DNA of 63,872 bases, filler included, from Octopus bimaculoides (Eukaryota): NCBI RefSeq assembly GCF_001194135.2. It is 8 parts of 7 records of this genome, joined end to end, with 100 filler letters (N's around TTAATTAATTAA, not from the genome) between each part and the next. Parts side by side here need not be neighbours in the genome. Positions count along the whole stretch, not along the records: positions 12,672 to 22,090 come from NC_068999.1; positions 22,191 to 36,195 come from NC_069000.1; 6 more parts are not named here. The stretch is one strand, 5' to 3'. The notes under the pieces were generated by a model that saw only the letters and a program-made list of their open reading frames with translations, was not told the origin of the DNA and ran no database searches. The translations under genes were made by a program, and so were the position numbers. How positions within the stretch are numbered: the stretch's first letter is position 1; every line of letters begins with the position of its first letter. Shown here piece after piece: positions 14,192 through 26,869 of this stretch.

Positions 14192-15316
14192 TGTATATAT
14201 ATACATATATTTATATATGCATATGTGTATGCATAGATATACATATATTTGTATACACATATATGTATGTGCATGATGTATGTAAAATTTTTATATACAT
14301 ATCTATACATTTGCATGCATATCCACCCACCACACATGCAAGAACTTCTCCATCCGTATCCACCCCAACATGCAACATCTCATACATATATTGTGTATAT
14401 AAATGTACTTACAGGATTATAGGTAACGAGCTTCGATAGAATAATTTGTCGTGTGTGATTCTACCAGCAAAATCGTGTTTCAACGCATGGAGGTAGTTAT
14501 AATGTGATCCACCGAAGAAATGAATATTTATCAAATCTCTATAGTGACTGTATTTATTAAGTATTGTTGAAATTTATTGAAATATGTCTACGTAATTTTG
14601 CATCTAATGAAGGAGCATATATACATATTTATATACGCGAAATATGGCCGAATTATCATCTTTTTAAATTCCATTCTCAATAGTATTATCTTGATACCTC
14701 TCTCTGACATTTTCGGCGAGGTTCATTTTCTCTGCTTGAAATCGCTCCGCAAATACTGAAAATATGTAATTTGAAGAAGCAGCATTTCTTTCGTGTTATA
14801 GTGTTTGCTCTCCAGAATTACGTTGAGGATACAACTGGGGATTAGTCACCCAATTCTATGCTAATACGTTCTCACTGCAAATTTGATGACTCCAACGAAG
14901 AAACAGTGATTATCTAACAGAAATTTGATTAATTTATTTTATATATAATAGGAATCTTGCTAGAACTGACAGTACCATGGGAAGAAAACATCAACAATGC
15001 AGAGAAACGAAAGGAGAAGAGATACGAGAAACTAATCGAAGAGTGCAAAGAACAGGGATGGACTGTCGAGTACTACCATCTGGCAGTGGGGGCTAGAGGC
15101 TTCATTGAAAGGAAAATGACAGCGCTATTCAAGAGAAGATTTGCGTTTTCAAGCTTGGAACTGAGAAAACTGATAAGGAGGATACAAGATGCGGTCGAAA
15201 AAGCCAGCTTCTATATATGGCTGAAGCGGGAAGACGAAATAATGCTTGAAAGTCATAACATGCCTAGGTGAGACAGGCTGACACTAAAGTGGCTTCGCGC
15301 CCTCCATTTTCAGTTA

Positions 15317-15436
15317 AAGTTTAGACAGTGTCATGTGACAACTTGCTGGGGCTACTTGCTGGAGCCTAGCAGCGAGAAGTTTAGACAGTGTCATGTGACA
15401 ACTTGCTGGGACAGCCTGCTGGAGCCTAGAAGCAGG
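15317..15436. repeat. 60-bp tandem duplication
   Basis: aagtttagacagtgtcatgtgacaacttgctggg...tgctggagcctag starts at both 15317 and 15377. Confidence 0.95.
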
Positions 15437-15469
15437 TATAAAAAGGGGAATTTGACATGACAATCAGTC
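15437..15469 (+). promoter_or_regulatory. TATA box plus Inr-like core promoter motif
   Basis: TATAAAAA at 15437 and TCAGTC at 15464-15469. This puts the TATA at -29 from the Inr A (15466). Confidence 0.4.
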
Positions 15470-18400
15470 GGACGCTGACACTCGTTGATGCTGCATCGAA
15501 GAGGCCAGGGAATAGGAGAAAGAAGACATGCACCCAACACCAGAGCTGAAGACACCTCCGAAAGTGGGGAGCCCCGTCACGTCAAAACGGTAGAGGAGTA
15601 GGGACCGAAACCGGATGGGGTTCCTCCTGATGATGTCTCGAGCTAACTGGATCCTATAAAGGAGCTGTTGTAGTAGCAGACCACGAAACATGGTTGAAAT
15701 TCATCCTTCCTATATATACATTGAGCATTTTCATACGAAGTTGTATGCTCTTGCATGTTAAATTTTGTAACACTTTTAGGAAATGAAACATGTGTAATGG
15801 TTAATAATTAATAGCAACATATATTTATCGGTCTTTGATAACAAAAAAATATCCACACTTTTCCGTCTTAATTAGCCATTATCGTCCTTGAAAGTTATGT
15901 TTTTAATATTTATTACAGATTTATATATATATATATATATGTATCCCTCATGAGTCAGATTCAGCAGTGTTTAGATGCTACGAAATCCCCTGAAACAGCA
16001 TGGATTTTTACCCCAAGGCAAACTTAACACACAGCATGCTATAATCTATTTAAGAGTAAATGTTACATGTAAATTTAAACCAAGACAAAAAAAGTGTGTC
16101 GATATAAAGTAAAGGCTCCTAAAGTGTTAATATCGTCTTAAAATAAATTAGAATCTGGTTTAAAGATTTAAGTCTTCATATGTTCCTAAGAAGATTAGGG
16201 AAAACAGTCGACATATACTCGCGCATACATGCATTTAAATGCATACTTACAGAGGAATATACACCTATATATAAACACATAATACTTATATGCATGTACA
16301 TATAGATATATATATACATACATGTAAATATGTATCCATCTATTTATCTATCTACCTATCTGTCTGTCTCTCACTTTCTCTCTTTCTCTCTCTCTCTCTT
16401 TATCTCTCTCTCTCTCTGTATATATAAATATATATATATAATATAATATATATATATATATATATANNNNNNNNNNNNNNNNNNNNNNNNNNNNNNNNNN
16501 NNNNNNNNNNNNNNNNNNNNNNNNNNNNNNNNNNNNNNNNNNNNNNNNNNNNNNNNNNNNNNNNNNNNNNNNNNNNNNNNNNNNNNNNNNNNNNNNNNNN
16601 NNNNNNNNNNNNNNNNNNNNNNNNNNNNNNNNNNNNNNNNNNNNNNNNNNNNNNNNNNNNNNNNNNNNNNNNNNNNNNNNNNNNNNNNNNNNNNNNNNNN
16701 NNNNNNNNNNNNNNNNNNNNNNNNNNNNNNNNNNNNNNNNNNNNNNNNNNNNNNNNNNNNNNNNNNNNNNNNNNNNNNNNNNNNNNNNNNNNNNNNNNNN
16801 NNNNNNNNNNNNNNNNNNNNNNNNNNNNNNNNNNNNNNNNNNNNNNNNNNNNNNNNNNNNNNNNNNNNNNNNNNNNNNNNNNNNNNNNNNNNNNNNNNNN
16901 NNNNNNNNNNNNNNNNNNNNNNNNNNNNNNNNNNNNNNNNNNNNNNNNNNNNNNNNNNNNNNNNNNNNNNNNNNNNNNNNNNNNNNNNNNNNNNNNNNNN
17001 NNNNNNNNNNNNNNNNNNNNNNNNNNNNNNNNNNNNNNNNNNNNNNNNNNNNNNNNNNNNNNNNNNNNNNNNNNNNNNNNNNNNNNNNNNNNNNNNNNNN
17101 NNNNNNNNNNNNNNNNNNNNNNNNNNNNNNNNNNNNNNNNNNNNNNNNNNNNNNNNNNNNNNNNNNNNNNNNNNNNNNNNNNNNNNNNNNNNNNNNNNNN
17201 NNNNNNNNNNNNNNNNNNNNNNNNNNNNNNNNNNNNNNNNNNNNNNNNNNNNNNNNNNNNNNNNNNNNNNNNNNNNNNNNNNNNNNNNNNNNNNNNNNNN
17301 NNNNNNNNNNNNNNNNNNNNNNNNNNNNTGCTATTTATTAGGGTAGGTATATATTTATATATATGCATATATATATATATGTGTGTGCGTGTGTGTGTGT
17401 GTGTGTGTATGTGTGTGTGTGTGTTTGTATGTGTGTGTGTGTGTGTGTGAATGTGTGTGTGCATATCTACTATGCGTTTACCTTTTGATTGTGCATATGT
17501 GCCTCTCATCAATTCATGACCCATTCACCTTCTCTTTACTGATGTTTGTCTCTCAGTTTATCTTTGCAAATCTGTGCCTCCTTTGATTTCATAGGTTTCT
17601 GATACGTATTTGTCATTGGAAAATAGATTTTTTTTGTCTGAAACTCCGTGGAAATACTAATGTTTCTATTAGAGTATTATTATTTTTTGAGTTTTTTTTT
17701 TTTTCACTTTAATACACTTGGAACTCCTTTTGAACACATATGCTGTCGTTCTTACAATTTCAAGTGATTAATACAATTTTAGTTATACTTCCACTTTCAA
17801 TTGCAGAAATCTCTACATACCACCCATGTCCAATTTTTGTTCTGTACTACACAAAAATCCTACTTCATGCATAAACTGTTTCCCTCCCATATTAATCAAA
17901 TGTGTGTATATATATATATGTACATACAAGAAAATATGGGAAATTATTTAACCGCCACAATATAAAGTTTCGTATTCAACCACTAGAAATTTAGCTGAGA
18001 TTATAGCAGCACACAATAAACAGAAAATTATGGAATATATCTATTCTAAATCTATAGACAAGTGTAGAATAATTTATGTCTATTGTGAAATTAATTCTAA
18101 TCATAATCTTCCTAAACTAGGTTTCTATTCTTTAAGCACTTAGGACGCTTATAATACTGTTATCTTTAATAGTAATTGTAATAATAATAATCCCATTTTA
18201 ACCTCTAATTCTGAGAGGTAGACTAGTAGACATTCCTTTGATTATGAGTACCAAGTACAAGTGAATAAATACCTGTGTAATTGTAAACATAAACATGTAT
18301 ATCCTTTCGTAAATCAGTGTTTAAGGGAAAATATAGTCTATGAACGTAATCTAAAAGCAGGGATTACCACATTGGTAAGGATTACCACATTGGTTCATCT

Positions 18401-18929
18401 GCTACAATATGGAAATCTAGATTTGATAATCATTTTCAGAATATATAAAAATTAATTCTACAAAACTTAGATGCATTTGAGAATCAAATGACAGGAAATG
18501 TGACTTAAAGTAGCCCATTATTAATTATGCACCATCGTGCAATATTGGTAATTCGACATGTAACCATTGCCTTGAATAAATGTATCGTATACGTACTTCT
18601 GAATAATTTTTTTGAATTTTGCTGGGAAGTTTGCAATAACATGTAGCCATAGATCAAAATGTTTCAATACTCAATTATAATAGCTCTTCATATACTATAT
18701 AATAAGGTTAAGTCTTCTATAGATTTACTACATTTCGTTGTAGTTCTAATTATCATAATATGGAATCCTTATGTTCATTTTTTATTATTTATTTATCCAG
18801 TGATGTCAGGAATAGTTGAATACAAAAATAACCGTTTATTAGATACTATTTCTCTTTTTTAGATTGGATGTGTCTATGTTTCTAATTGTCGTAATATAAA
18901 ACTCATATGTGTGTTTTTGATTCTTTCGT

Positions 18930-19487
18930 TATCCAGTGACGTCGAAAATAGTTGAAAGGAAAAATAAACTTTCGTAAAAAGGTTTATAAATCCCTTCCTC
19001 ACTGTTGATGAACTAGCAGAGAAGCTTGGATTTGGTTAATCACCCAGTCGTTGAAGTCAGAGCTAGAAGAAATACAACCATCTTTGCTTTGAAGACGAAA
19101 GGTGTACTTCCGTCTTGATAATGCTCGGCCACATACAGCGAGAATGACTTCTCAAAGTTTGGAGCAGTTTAAATGAGAAACGATGCTCCACCCATATATT
19201 CGCGCCGACATTGCACCATCTAATTATCATTTATTCTGCAGTCTTCAAAATCATTTGAACGGAAAAATATGAATTCTGTAGACGAGGTCAGGACTGCTCT
19301 GTAGAAGTTTTTTTTCCGTCACGTACAAGTGAATTCTGGAAGAAGAGCCTTGCAAGTCTACCAGACAGATGGAAGAGCATTGTAGAATGTGAACGAGAGT
19401 ATATCTTAGATTAAAAAATAACTTTGTTTATCTTAATTTCGAAAGAAGTAGTATAAAAAAACCCTCATTATTCACGGGCTGACCCAA
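18930..19487 (+). mobile_element. mariner (DD34D) internally deleted copy, same family as 11371-12242
   Basis: Clear nucleotide similarity to the reverse complement of 11371-11880, for example gataatgctcggccacatac and atggaagagcattgtagaa. The 3' TIR cattattcacgggctgacccaa ends at 19487. Confidence 0.88.
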
Positions 19488-20281
19488 TCTATACATACAT
19501 ACATATATACATACATACATNNNNNNNNNNNNNNNNNNNNNNNNNNNNNNNNNNNNNNNNNNNNNNNNNNNNNNNNNNNNNNNNNNNNNNNNNNNNNNNN
19601 NNNNNNNNNNNNNNNNNNNNNNNNNNNNNNNNNNNNNNNNNNNNNNNNNNNNNNNNNNNNNNNNNNNNNNNNNNNNNNNNNNNNNNNNNNNNNNNNNNNN
19701 NNNNNNNNNNNNNNNNNNNNNNNNNNNNNNNNNNNNNNNNNNNNNNNNNNNNNNNNNNNNNNNNNNNNNNNNNNNNNNNNNNNNNNNNNNNNNNNNNNNN
19801 NNNNNNNNNNNNNNNNNNNNNNNNNNNNNNNNNNNNNNNNNNNNNNNNNNNNNNNNNNNNNNNNNNNNNNNNNNNATATATATATATATATATATATATA
19901 TACTTACTTGTGTGTGTAACCATATGGTGACATATGGATACACATAAATAGCCGCAATTCTGTGTTGCAATTTCCTGGCTTAAATGAATTTTCTGAAACA
20001 ATTTATCTATAACAGATGACGAATACGTAGGAAAATGAGTCACGTGATATTTGTAATATATATCAAGCTTAGGCTTTGAATGACACCGACTATGATATCG
20101 ACCTCGACTTTCATGTTAACGATACAACGTAGGTCTAGACTACGATATGGTTAGTCATTCGTATCAAGAATCATTTATAGTAATAACTATGATGATGATA
20201 ATGCTGCCGCTTCTGCTGCTGCTGCTGCCGCTGATGATGATGATGATGATGATGATGATGACGACGACGATGGTGATGATG

Positions 20282-20321
<40 letters not shown>

Positions 20322-20399
20322 TAATAATAATGATGATAATAGTAATGGACCAACTACATGAAGTGCAAATTAGCAAACACTACCGATAGAGACAAATCT

Positions 20400-20945
20400 A
20401 CCATGAGTCGCTAAAAGGGAGAAACGGTATGGCACACCGTTAGCGAATGCCCGAAATTAACACAACGCGAATACAAAAGACGCTATGATGATGTAACGAG
20501 AGTGATCCATTGGGAGCTGCTTGGAAATCAAAGCCTACAATGAGGAAAGCCCAAAAGCAATCACCGAAAATGAAAATGAAAAATCCTGTGAGATGCATTG
20601 ATCCACTCCGATCACCCGACCAGACATGGAAACCAGAGATTGTTGTGATGGATAAAAGACAAAGAACATGCATAATAACCGACAGAGCGTAGCCTGGTGA
20701 CAACAGGATCAGTGTGAAAGAAGAAAAAATAAACAGCTATGGCGATTGGAATTGGGGCAAATGGAAGGCTGTGGTCAATGAAGGGAGCAGACATTTTACC
20801 AATAGTAATTGGTGCACTTGGAAGTATCACCACCTAACTACCAGAATGGCTGAATAAGACCGGTGCAAATGTAACCTTAGATTGCTGACTGTGGACAGCT
20901 GACGCTTTCCATTATACCCAGCAAAATAATCTGCGTGTTTTCATA
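20400..20945 (+). mobile_element. Dong/R4-clade REL endonuclease fragment
   Basis: Decayed W.WKSKP..., RPDQTWKPEIVVMDKRQRTCII.D.A.PGDNRISVKEEKI..., IVIGALGSI. (ATA)n tracts lie on both sides (20280-20345, 20950-21090). Confidence 0.75.
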
Positions 20946-20957
20946 TAGTGATGATAA

Positions 20958-21038
<81 letters not shown>

Positions 21039-21043
21039 TAATG

Positions 21044-21093
<50 letters not shown>

Positions 21094-21947
21094 TATTATT
21101 ATTATTGTTATTATTATTTTTTATTATTATTATTAGCATTTAAACCTTTTTTTGATGCCCCTACAAAAATCCTCACACTGATGAAAATGACTATGCATAA
21201 ATTTAATTATAATTACTATGGTTATAATTTTTTCTTTCATATTTGTATTGTCCTTTGAAACACGCGTATGTATTGAATCCAATTTTGTATTAAATCTAAT
21301 TTTGATACATCTTTTTCTTTTCCATTGCTCTATAATTGTTTATGGTATATTCATACCTATAATGATATTTTTCACCTACTATTTTCATATTCTTATTACT
21401 TGCGCTGACTGTTGTTTTATGAATATGATGAATCTTTATTAGAAATCATTCTTTCTCTCTTTTTAGACCTCTCAAAATGTTTGAATTGTTCTCTTTTGAA
21501 CTTACTTATTCCCATGCTTTTTATCTATAAATTCTGAACAGTATCTTATTACGCGAAACTTGTCGTGAAGCAACTGTGAAATCTGCAATGTTCAGAGCTA
21601 AGTAGCGACGACTGGTGCCAACTGCTTGGTAAAGGCTTGAAAGGAGTCATAAAAATCCGTATAAATGAACGTCATATGCCGGATAATACTGGCCACATTC
21701 CTTCTTGATTTACATTCTTCGCAACTTCAAACTCGCATTTTATCCGATCTGCTGACAGTTCAACTAGACAGTTTCAAAGAAGTCGCTTCACCACCTGAAG
21801 TATCAAAGCCGAGTAGTATTCCTGTTGCTGCAGTGGAAACACGTGTAGGTCATTGTAATATGATGTATATAATTGTAAAACTTAATTTTGTGGATGTACA
21901 AGTCACTATACTCTTTATTAATGATATCATACATACATACATACATG

Positions 21948-22014
<67 letters not shown>

Positions 22015-22058
22015 GTTGTATGGATGTAAGTATGTATGTATGTATGTATGCATGTATG

Positions 22059-22090
<32 letters not shown>

Positions 22091-22190
22091 NNNNNNNNNN
22101 NNNNNNNNNNNNNNNNNNNNNNNNNNNNNNNNNNTTAATTAATTAANNNNNNNNNNNNNNNNNNNNNNNNNNNNNNNNNNNNNNNNNNNN

Positions 22191-22400
22191 AACTCCGCAA
22201 TTTTTTCATCGTCCTGTCAGCCCACGTAAGTCCAGTCTTGCTTTGCTCTCCTTACTAACTCACCATGACATTCTTTTTTTTCTACCAAGATCCGTCACCC
22301 AAACACCACTTCGTATCCACTTCTTCCTCTTTTTAATGTCTTCGTTTCTCTCTTCGCGTCGCTCTCTGACCGGGTGAAACCGGGCTTAGCTGCTAGTATA
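22191..22400 (-). mobile_element. Possible Helitron/Helentron-type non-autonomous element end
   Basis: The minus strand reads tatactagcagctaagcccggtttcacccgg, which resembles the ACTAGC...CCCGG..CCGG hairpin terminus of HINE/Helitron-like repeats. It is CpG-rich and runs into a gap. A TATA promoter with a first exon is an alternative reading (see findings). Confidence 0.4.
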
Positions 22401-22767
22401 TATATAAATCCTCTTTCTTTTCTTTCTTTTCCTGAGCGTCCAATAACACTACTTATTCCACGTCCTCGCGTTTTTTCTTGCTTGTTCATGTTTGAATTGA
22501 CTATATATATATATATATGGTGCACCAGCATGACCGCAGCCACTTGGCTGAAACACATAAATAAATAAATAAATATATATACTTTCACTACAATGAGAGG
22601 TTGGTGTTGTTGAGAGACAAATACAGCGAGAGAAGGAGAGAGAGTGTGTATGTGTGAAATATAGATAGATGTCGCTATACTAATTAGCAAACTTTGATTG
22701 AAAGCAGGAATACGAGATACAAGATACAGTGTACTTGTATCTGAAAAAAAATCAAGTGTCGTGATGC

Positions 22768-22830
22768 ATGGCTATTCTAATCAGATGGAGCTTCAGCTGC
22801 GAAGGGGCGTCCAGTAAGCCTGCAAATACG
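22768..22830 (+). CDS. Candidate first coding exon of an unidentified gene (MAILIRWSFSCEGASSKPANT)
   Basis: ATG at 22768 and 21 open codons end at a strong donor, ACG|GTATGT. It sits in CpG-rich DNA at the left edge of the CpG-depleted domain. No homology recognised. Confidence 0.22.
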
Positions 22831-23557
22831 GTATGTTATTATTAATAATTTAGCCTTAAAAAAGTGTGAAAAATATATATTGTCACGCAAAAAGCCATAA
22901 ACATTCGCGGACGATATTTACAGTTCCGCAAATATGCGGTGGTTTCCACAAACAATTATTAGTTCCATGGATAAATGATGATGATGATGATACAGTCTAC
23001 AATATGACCATACATTTTTTGAAACAATAGGGTGTGATTTGAGGGGGATTTTCCTGCTATTTGTAGCTAGTAGAGTGACTGTATAGAGGCTCCTTTAAGT
23101 TTTACCTCATGTCTATCTTCTAATTAGATAAGTCTTTCAACTATTTTTACAAGCAATGTCCTGGTCAGACAGTGGATAGATATGTCACTGAAAAGACATT
23201 CTTTCCTAAATCAATTTTCTAATGGCAATTGTTTAGACTGGACAGTTTGCTTTCATTTACCTACCAGTTTACTTTGACATCCCATGTGCTCTTTGTTTTA
23301 ATTTAGTAATGCTCAATAGATTCAACTAACGACGCCTTTAGTGTGATTTAGTCTTACATAGCATAGTTGGTTGCTGGTACACCGTGTACTTTTTACTTCT
23401 ACTCTTTCTTTTGGTTGGTTATATATTTCAGATAGTTTCTCTGCGATAAAGCTCTCTTGTTTCTTTTGTAGCAATTATAAAATTTTCTTTTTCTGCTTTT
23501 AGACCAAAGTTTACTGTACAATGTCTTTTTTTCTTCTTCAATATAATTATTATTATT

Positions 23558-23944
23558 GTGGAGGCACAATGGCCCAGTGGTTAGGGCAGCGGATTCACGG
23601 TCATAGGATCGCAGTTTCGATTCCCAGACCAGGCGTTGTGAGTGTTTATTGAGCAAAAACACCTAAAGCTCCATGAGGCTCCGGCAGGGGATGGTGGCGA
23701 ACCCTGCTGTACTCTTCCACCACAACTTTCTCTCACTGTTACTTCTTGTTTCTGTTGTGCCTGTAGTTCAAAGGGTCAGCCTTGTCACACTGTGTCACGC
23801 TGAATATCCCCAAGAACTATGTTAAGGGTACACGTGTCTGTGGAGTGCTCTTGCACGTTAATTTCACGAGCAGGCTGTTCCGTTGATCGGATCAACTGGA
23901 ACCCTCGACGTCGTAAGCGACGGAGTGCCAACAACAACAACAAC

Positions 23945-23945
<1 letters not shown>
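23558..23945 (+). mobile_element. tRNA-derived SINE, family 1, full length
   Basis: A box TGGCCCAGTGG, B box GTTTCGATTCC, body, and (CAA)n tail. Inserted in a (TAT)n tract, with several CpG transitions. Confidence 0.92.
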
Positions 23946-23979
<34 letters not shown>

Positions 23980-25365
23980 GTTTTCTTCAAGGATATTAGT
24001 ATCTAGTACATGCAGCTCTCCTGTGGGAAGCTGTAGGCATTGAGGTGGTGGAGGAATCGGACAGCTTTGTCTAGTCCAACAAATGCAAAATAGAAGTTTC
24101 ATTTTAGCTAAGCATTCTTGCTCTAAAAACAGTACTGTTATTTCTATCTTGAGGTACACAAGAGAAATCTGTCCTACCCCAACCCATCCAATCAAGCTCT
24201 AGTTTCATCTAGCATAAGTTTAACTGAACATAGATTTCATCAAGCCTCTTCAATCACCTTCATGCCTTGATCTCTGTGTCTGCTTATCATAAATGTGTTG
24301 TGTATTTTTAGAGTTGATAATAGTGCATTTATGCTAGTTATCAGGGCTAACAGATTCCTGCACATTCTGGTTAATTGTGTGATTAAAACTAGTGTAAAAT
24401 CATTTCATCTTGGCAGTTTTTTCACCATTGCATCTATTTTTGCTGATTTTTTTTTTTTTTTACCATTGCACCTATCTTTGGTGATTTTTCTTTTACAATC
24501 TTTTTTTTTAATTGGCTGCTTTTATTACCATTATTTTGAAGTACACTACCTTTGTTTCAATTAATTTTGAAAATTATGAAAAATCTAGTAAAATAACTAG
24601 CAAATTTAAGTTAGTGTTTAGTAACTGTACACAAACATTATCACTTGTTTACGCCTATTATGTGATATCAAGGCAAGGAGACCTGTAATGCATATACACA
24701 CGAATGTGTGTACACACACACACACACACACACACATAGAATTAGATTTTTTCGGTTTCCGTTTACCAGATCCACTCAAAAGTCTTTGGTAAGACACTTG
24801 CTCAAAATGTCATGCAGTGGGACTGAACCCAGACCTATGTGGTTGAAAAACTAACTTTTTACCACACAGCCATGCCTGCATATGTGTGTGTGTGTGTGCT
24901 TGAGCGTGATATTATAAATGTCTCTTCTGTCTCTTATAAATGTCTCCTATGTCTCTTATAAATGAAGCACCTGACAGGTTCCCTTGCAAAGACATGGAAT
25001 AAAGTACTTTACTTATAAAGCTGAGGTTCACATAAGGAAGGGCATCCAGCTTTAGGATACGATCTCAAGATAGCCAATTCAGGCTTGCATGAAAGATATA
25101 AAAAGAATGTTAATGATGAATGTCTATAATGTGTGATATATGAAGAAAGAGAAGAAAAAATTATGGGGTCTGCTTTGCATGCAGCCCATTTATTAACTCT
25201 GAATTAAACTGATATAACAAAGGGAATACTGAAACTCAAGGAGACAAACTTTCTGGGGCCAGGTGCATGATAGAATATACCCAATCTGTGCTGAACTGAG
25301 AACATTCTAAGCAATGTGAGTGACTTGGTGCAAAGTTCAGTTACTTAGGCGGTACAATTAATACT

Positions 25366-25745
25366 GTGGAGGCGCAATGGCCCAGTGGTTAGGGCAGCAG
25401 ACTTGTGGTCATAGGATCGCGGTTTCGATTCCCAGACCAGGCGTTGTGAGTGTTTATTGAGCAAAAACACCTAAAAGCTCCACGAGGCTCCGGCAGGGGA
25501 TGGTGGCGAACCGTGCTGTACTCTTTCACCGCAACTTTCTCTCACCCTTTCTTCCTGTTTCTGTTGTACCTGTAATTCAAAGGGTCAGCCTTGTCACACT
25601 GTGTCACGCTGAATATCCCCGAGAACTACGTTAAGGGTACACGTGTCTGTGGAGTGCTCAGCCACTTGCACGTTAATTTCACGAGCAGGCTGTTCTGTTA
25701 ATCGGATCAACTGGAACCCTCGACGGAGTGCCAACAACAACAACA
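25366..25745 (+). mobile_element. tRNA-derived SINE, family 1, full length with 12-bp TSD
   Basis: Same family as 23558. The direct repeat acaattaatact lies at 25354-25365 and 25746-25757. Confidence 0.95.
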
Positions 25746-25829
25746 ACAATTAATACTAGTTATTGGTCAACTGAAAAGATAGCATCTCAGATGCATGTAG
25801 GTAGTAGTAGTAAAATCTCTAGCTGGTGA

Positions 25830-26320
25830 GCGGAGGAGGAGGCTGTCCTCTCAACCAATGCGCTGCTGTGGGTGCCACTGGATGACACTCTGGTGATGAT
25901 GTTATTCCACACTTTCCAATCTATGGCACTGGCCTTAGAATACTTGAGGTCAAGGTGCTGCAACTTCAGATCTTCCTCAGTTTGTTTTGCTGATGTTTTC
26001 TTTGGTGCACTGTGCTAGATTCTCAAGTACATGGGTCACTGCTGCCACAAAAGTTGGTGTGGTTGTCTTCTGGTGCTCATCTTGCAGATGTGGCCAAACC
26101 ACTGTGGCCTGCACTGCTGGACTTGATCTTCAACAGTTGGCTGCTGCTGCTGGCATTGTTCTCAGATGTTATTTGTGATTTGGTTGCATAGAGAGACACC
26201 AAGGATTTTGGATCTGATGAAAACACTGCAAGAAATCAAACATGAAATGAAAATTATGAACATTTTGTACATCTCTACCAGTGCAGCAGTGACCCCAGCC
26301 AATCTGTGCCAACATGTAAA
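25830..26320 (-). mobile_element. LINE (RTE-like) 3' fragment, frameshifted
   Basis: Combined minus-strand frames give ...ILGVSLCNQITNNI*EQCQQ...QWFGHICKMSTRRQPHQLLW...KKT..KQTEEDL. This matches the post-RT tail (CLRRILG...WFGH..RM...R.P..L). Confidence 0.7.
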
Positions 26321-26829
26321 ATATGTAAACTGAAGATGTGTGTGTGTGTGTGTGTGTGNNNNNNNNNNNNNNNNNNNNNNNNNNNNNNNNNNNNNNNNNN
26401 NNNNNNNNNNNNNNNNNNNNNNNNNNNNNNNNNNNNNNNNNNNNNNNNNNNNNNNNNNNNNNNNNNNNNNNNNNNNNNNNNNNNNNNNNNNNNNNNNNNN
26501 NNNNNNNNNNNNNNNNNNNNNNNNNNNNNNNNNNNNNNNNNNNNNNNNNNNNNNNNNNNNNNNNNNNNNNNNNNNNNNNNNNNNNNNNNNNNNNNNNNNN
26601 NNNNNNNNNNNNNNNNNNNNNNNNNNNNNNNNNNNNNNNNNNNNNNNNNNNNNNNNNNNNNNNNNNNNNNNNNNNNNNNNNNNNNNNNNNNNNNNNNNNN
26701 NNNNNNNNNNNNNNNNNNNNNNNNNNNNNNNNNNNNNNNNNNNNNNNNNNNNNNNNNNNNNNNNNNNNNNNNNNNNNNNNNNNNNNNNNNNNNNNNNNNN
26801 NNNNNNNNNNNNNNNNNNNNNNNNNNNNN

Positions 26830-26869
<40 letters not shown>

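Larger units (their letters stand above)
14950..15700 (+). mobile_element. HERO/NeSL-like non-LTR retrotransposon 3' fragment (REL endonuclease plus downstream region)
   Basis: ORF 14957-15271 (LELTVPWEE..N.AEKRKEKRYEKL...C...GW...VGARGF...ASFYIWLKR) fits the restriction-like endonuclease C-terminus of HERO-type elements. Whether 15272-15700 is its 3' UTR is inference. Confidence 0.75.

Noticed and set aside
15600-15690. Hammerhead suggested by CGAAAC...CTGATGA...CGAAAC
   Set aside because: I could not close stems I and III around an NUH site in any of the three topologies.
21500-21860. Possible exon(s) in unique sequence, with a GTAAGT donor on the minus strand at 21505
   Set aside because: No acceptor-frame-donor combination gave a convincing open exon consistent with neighbours, and no homology was recognised.
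23558-23640. tRNA gene suggested by A/B boxes
   Set aside because: It continues into a SINE body and tail and has multiple copies, so it is a SINE head and not a tRNA gene.
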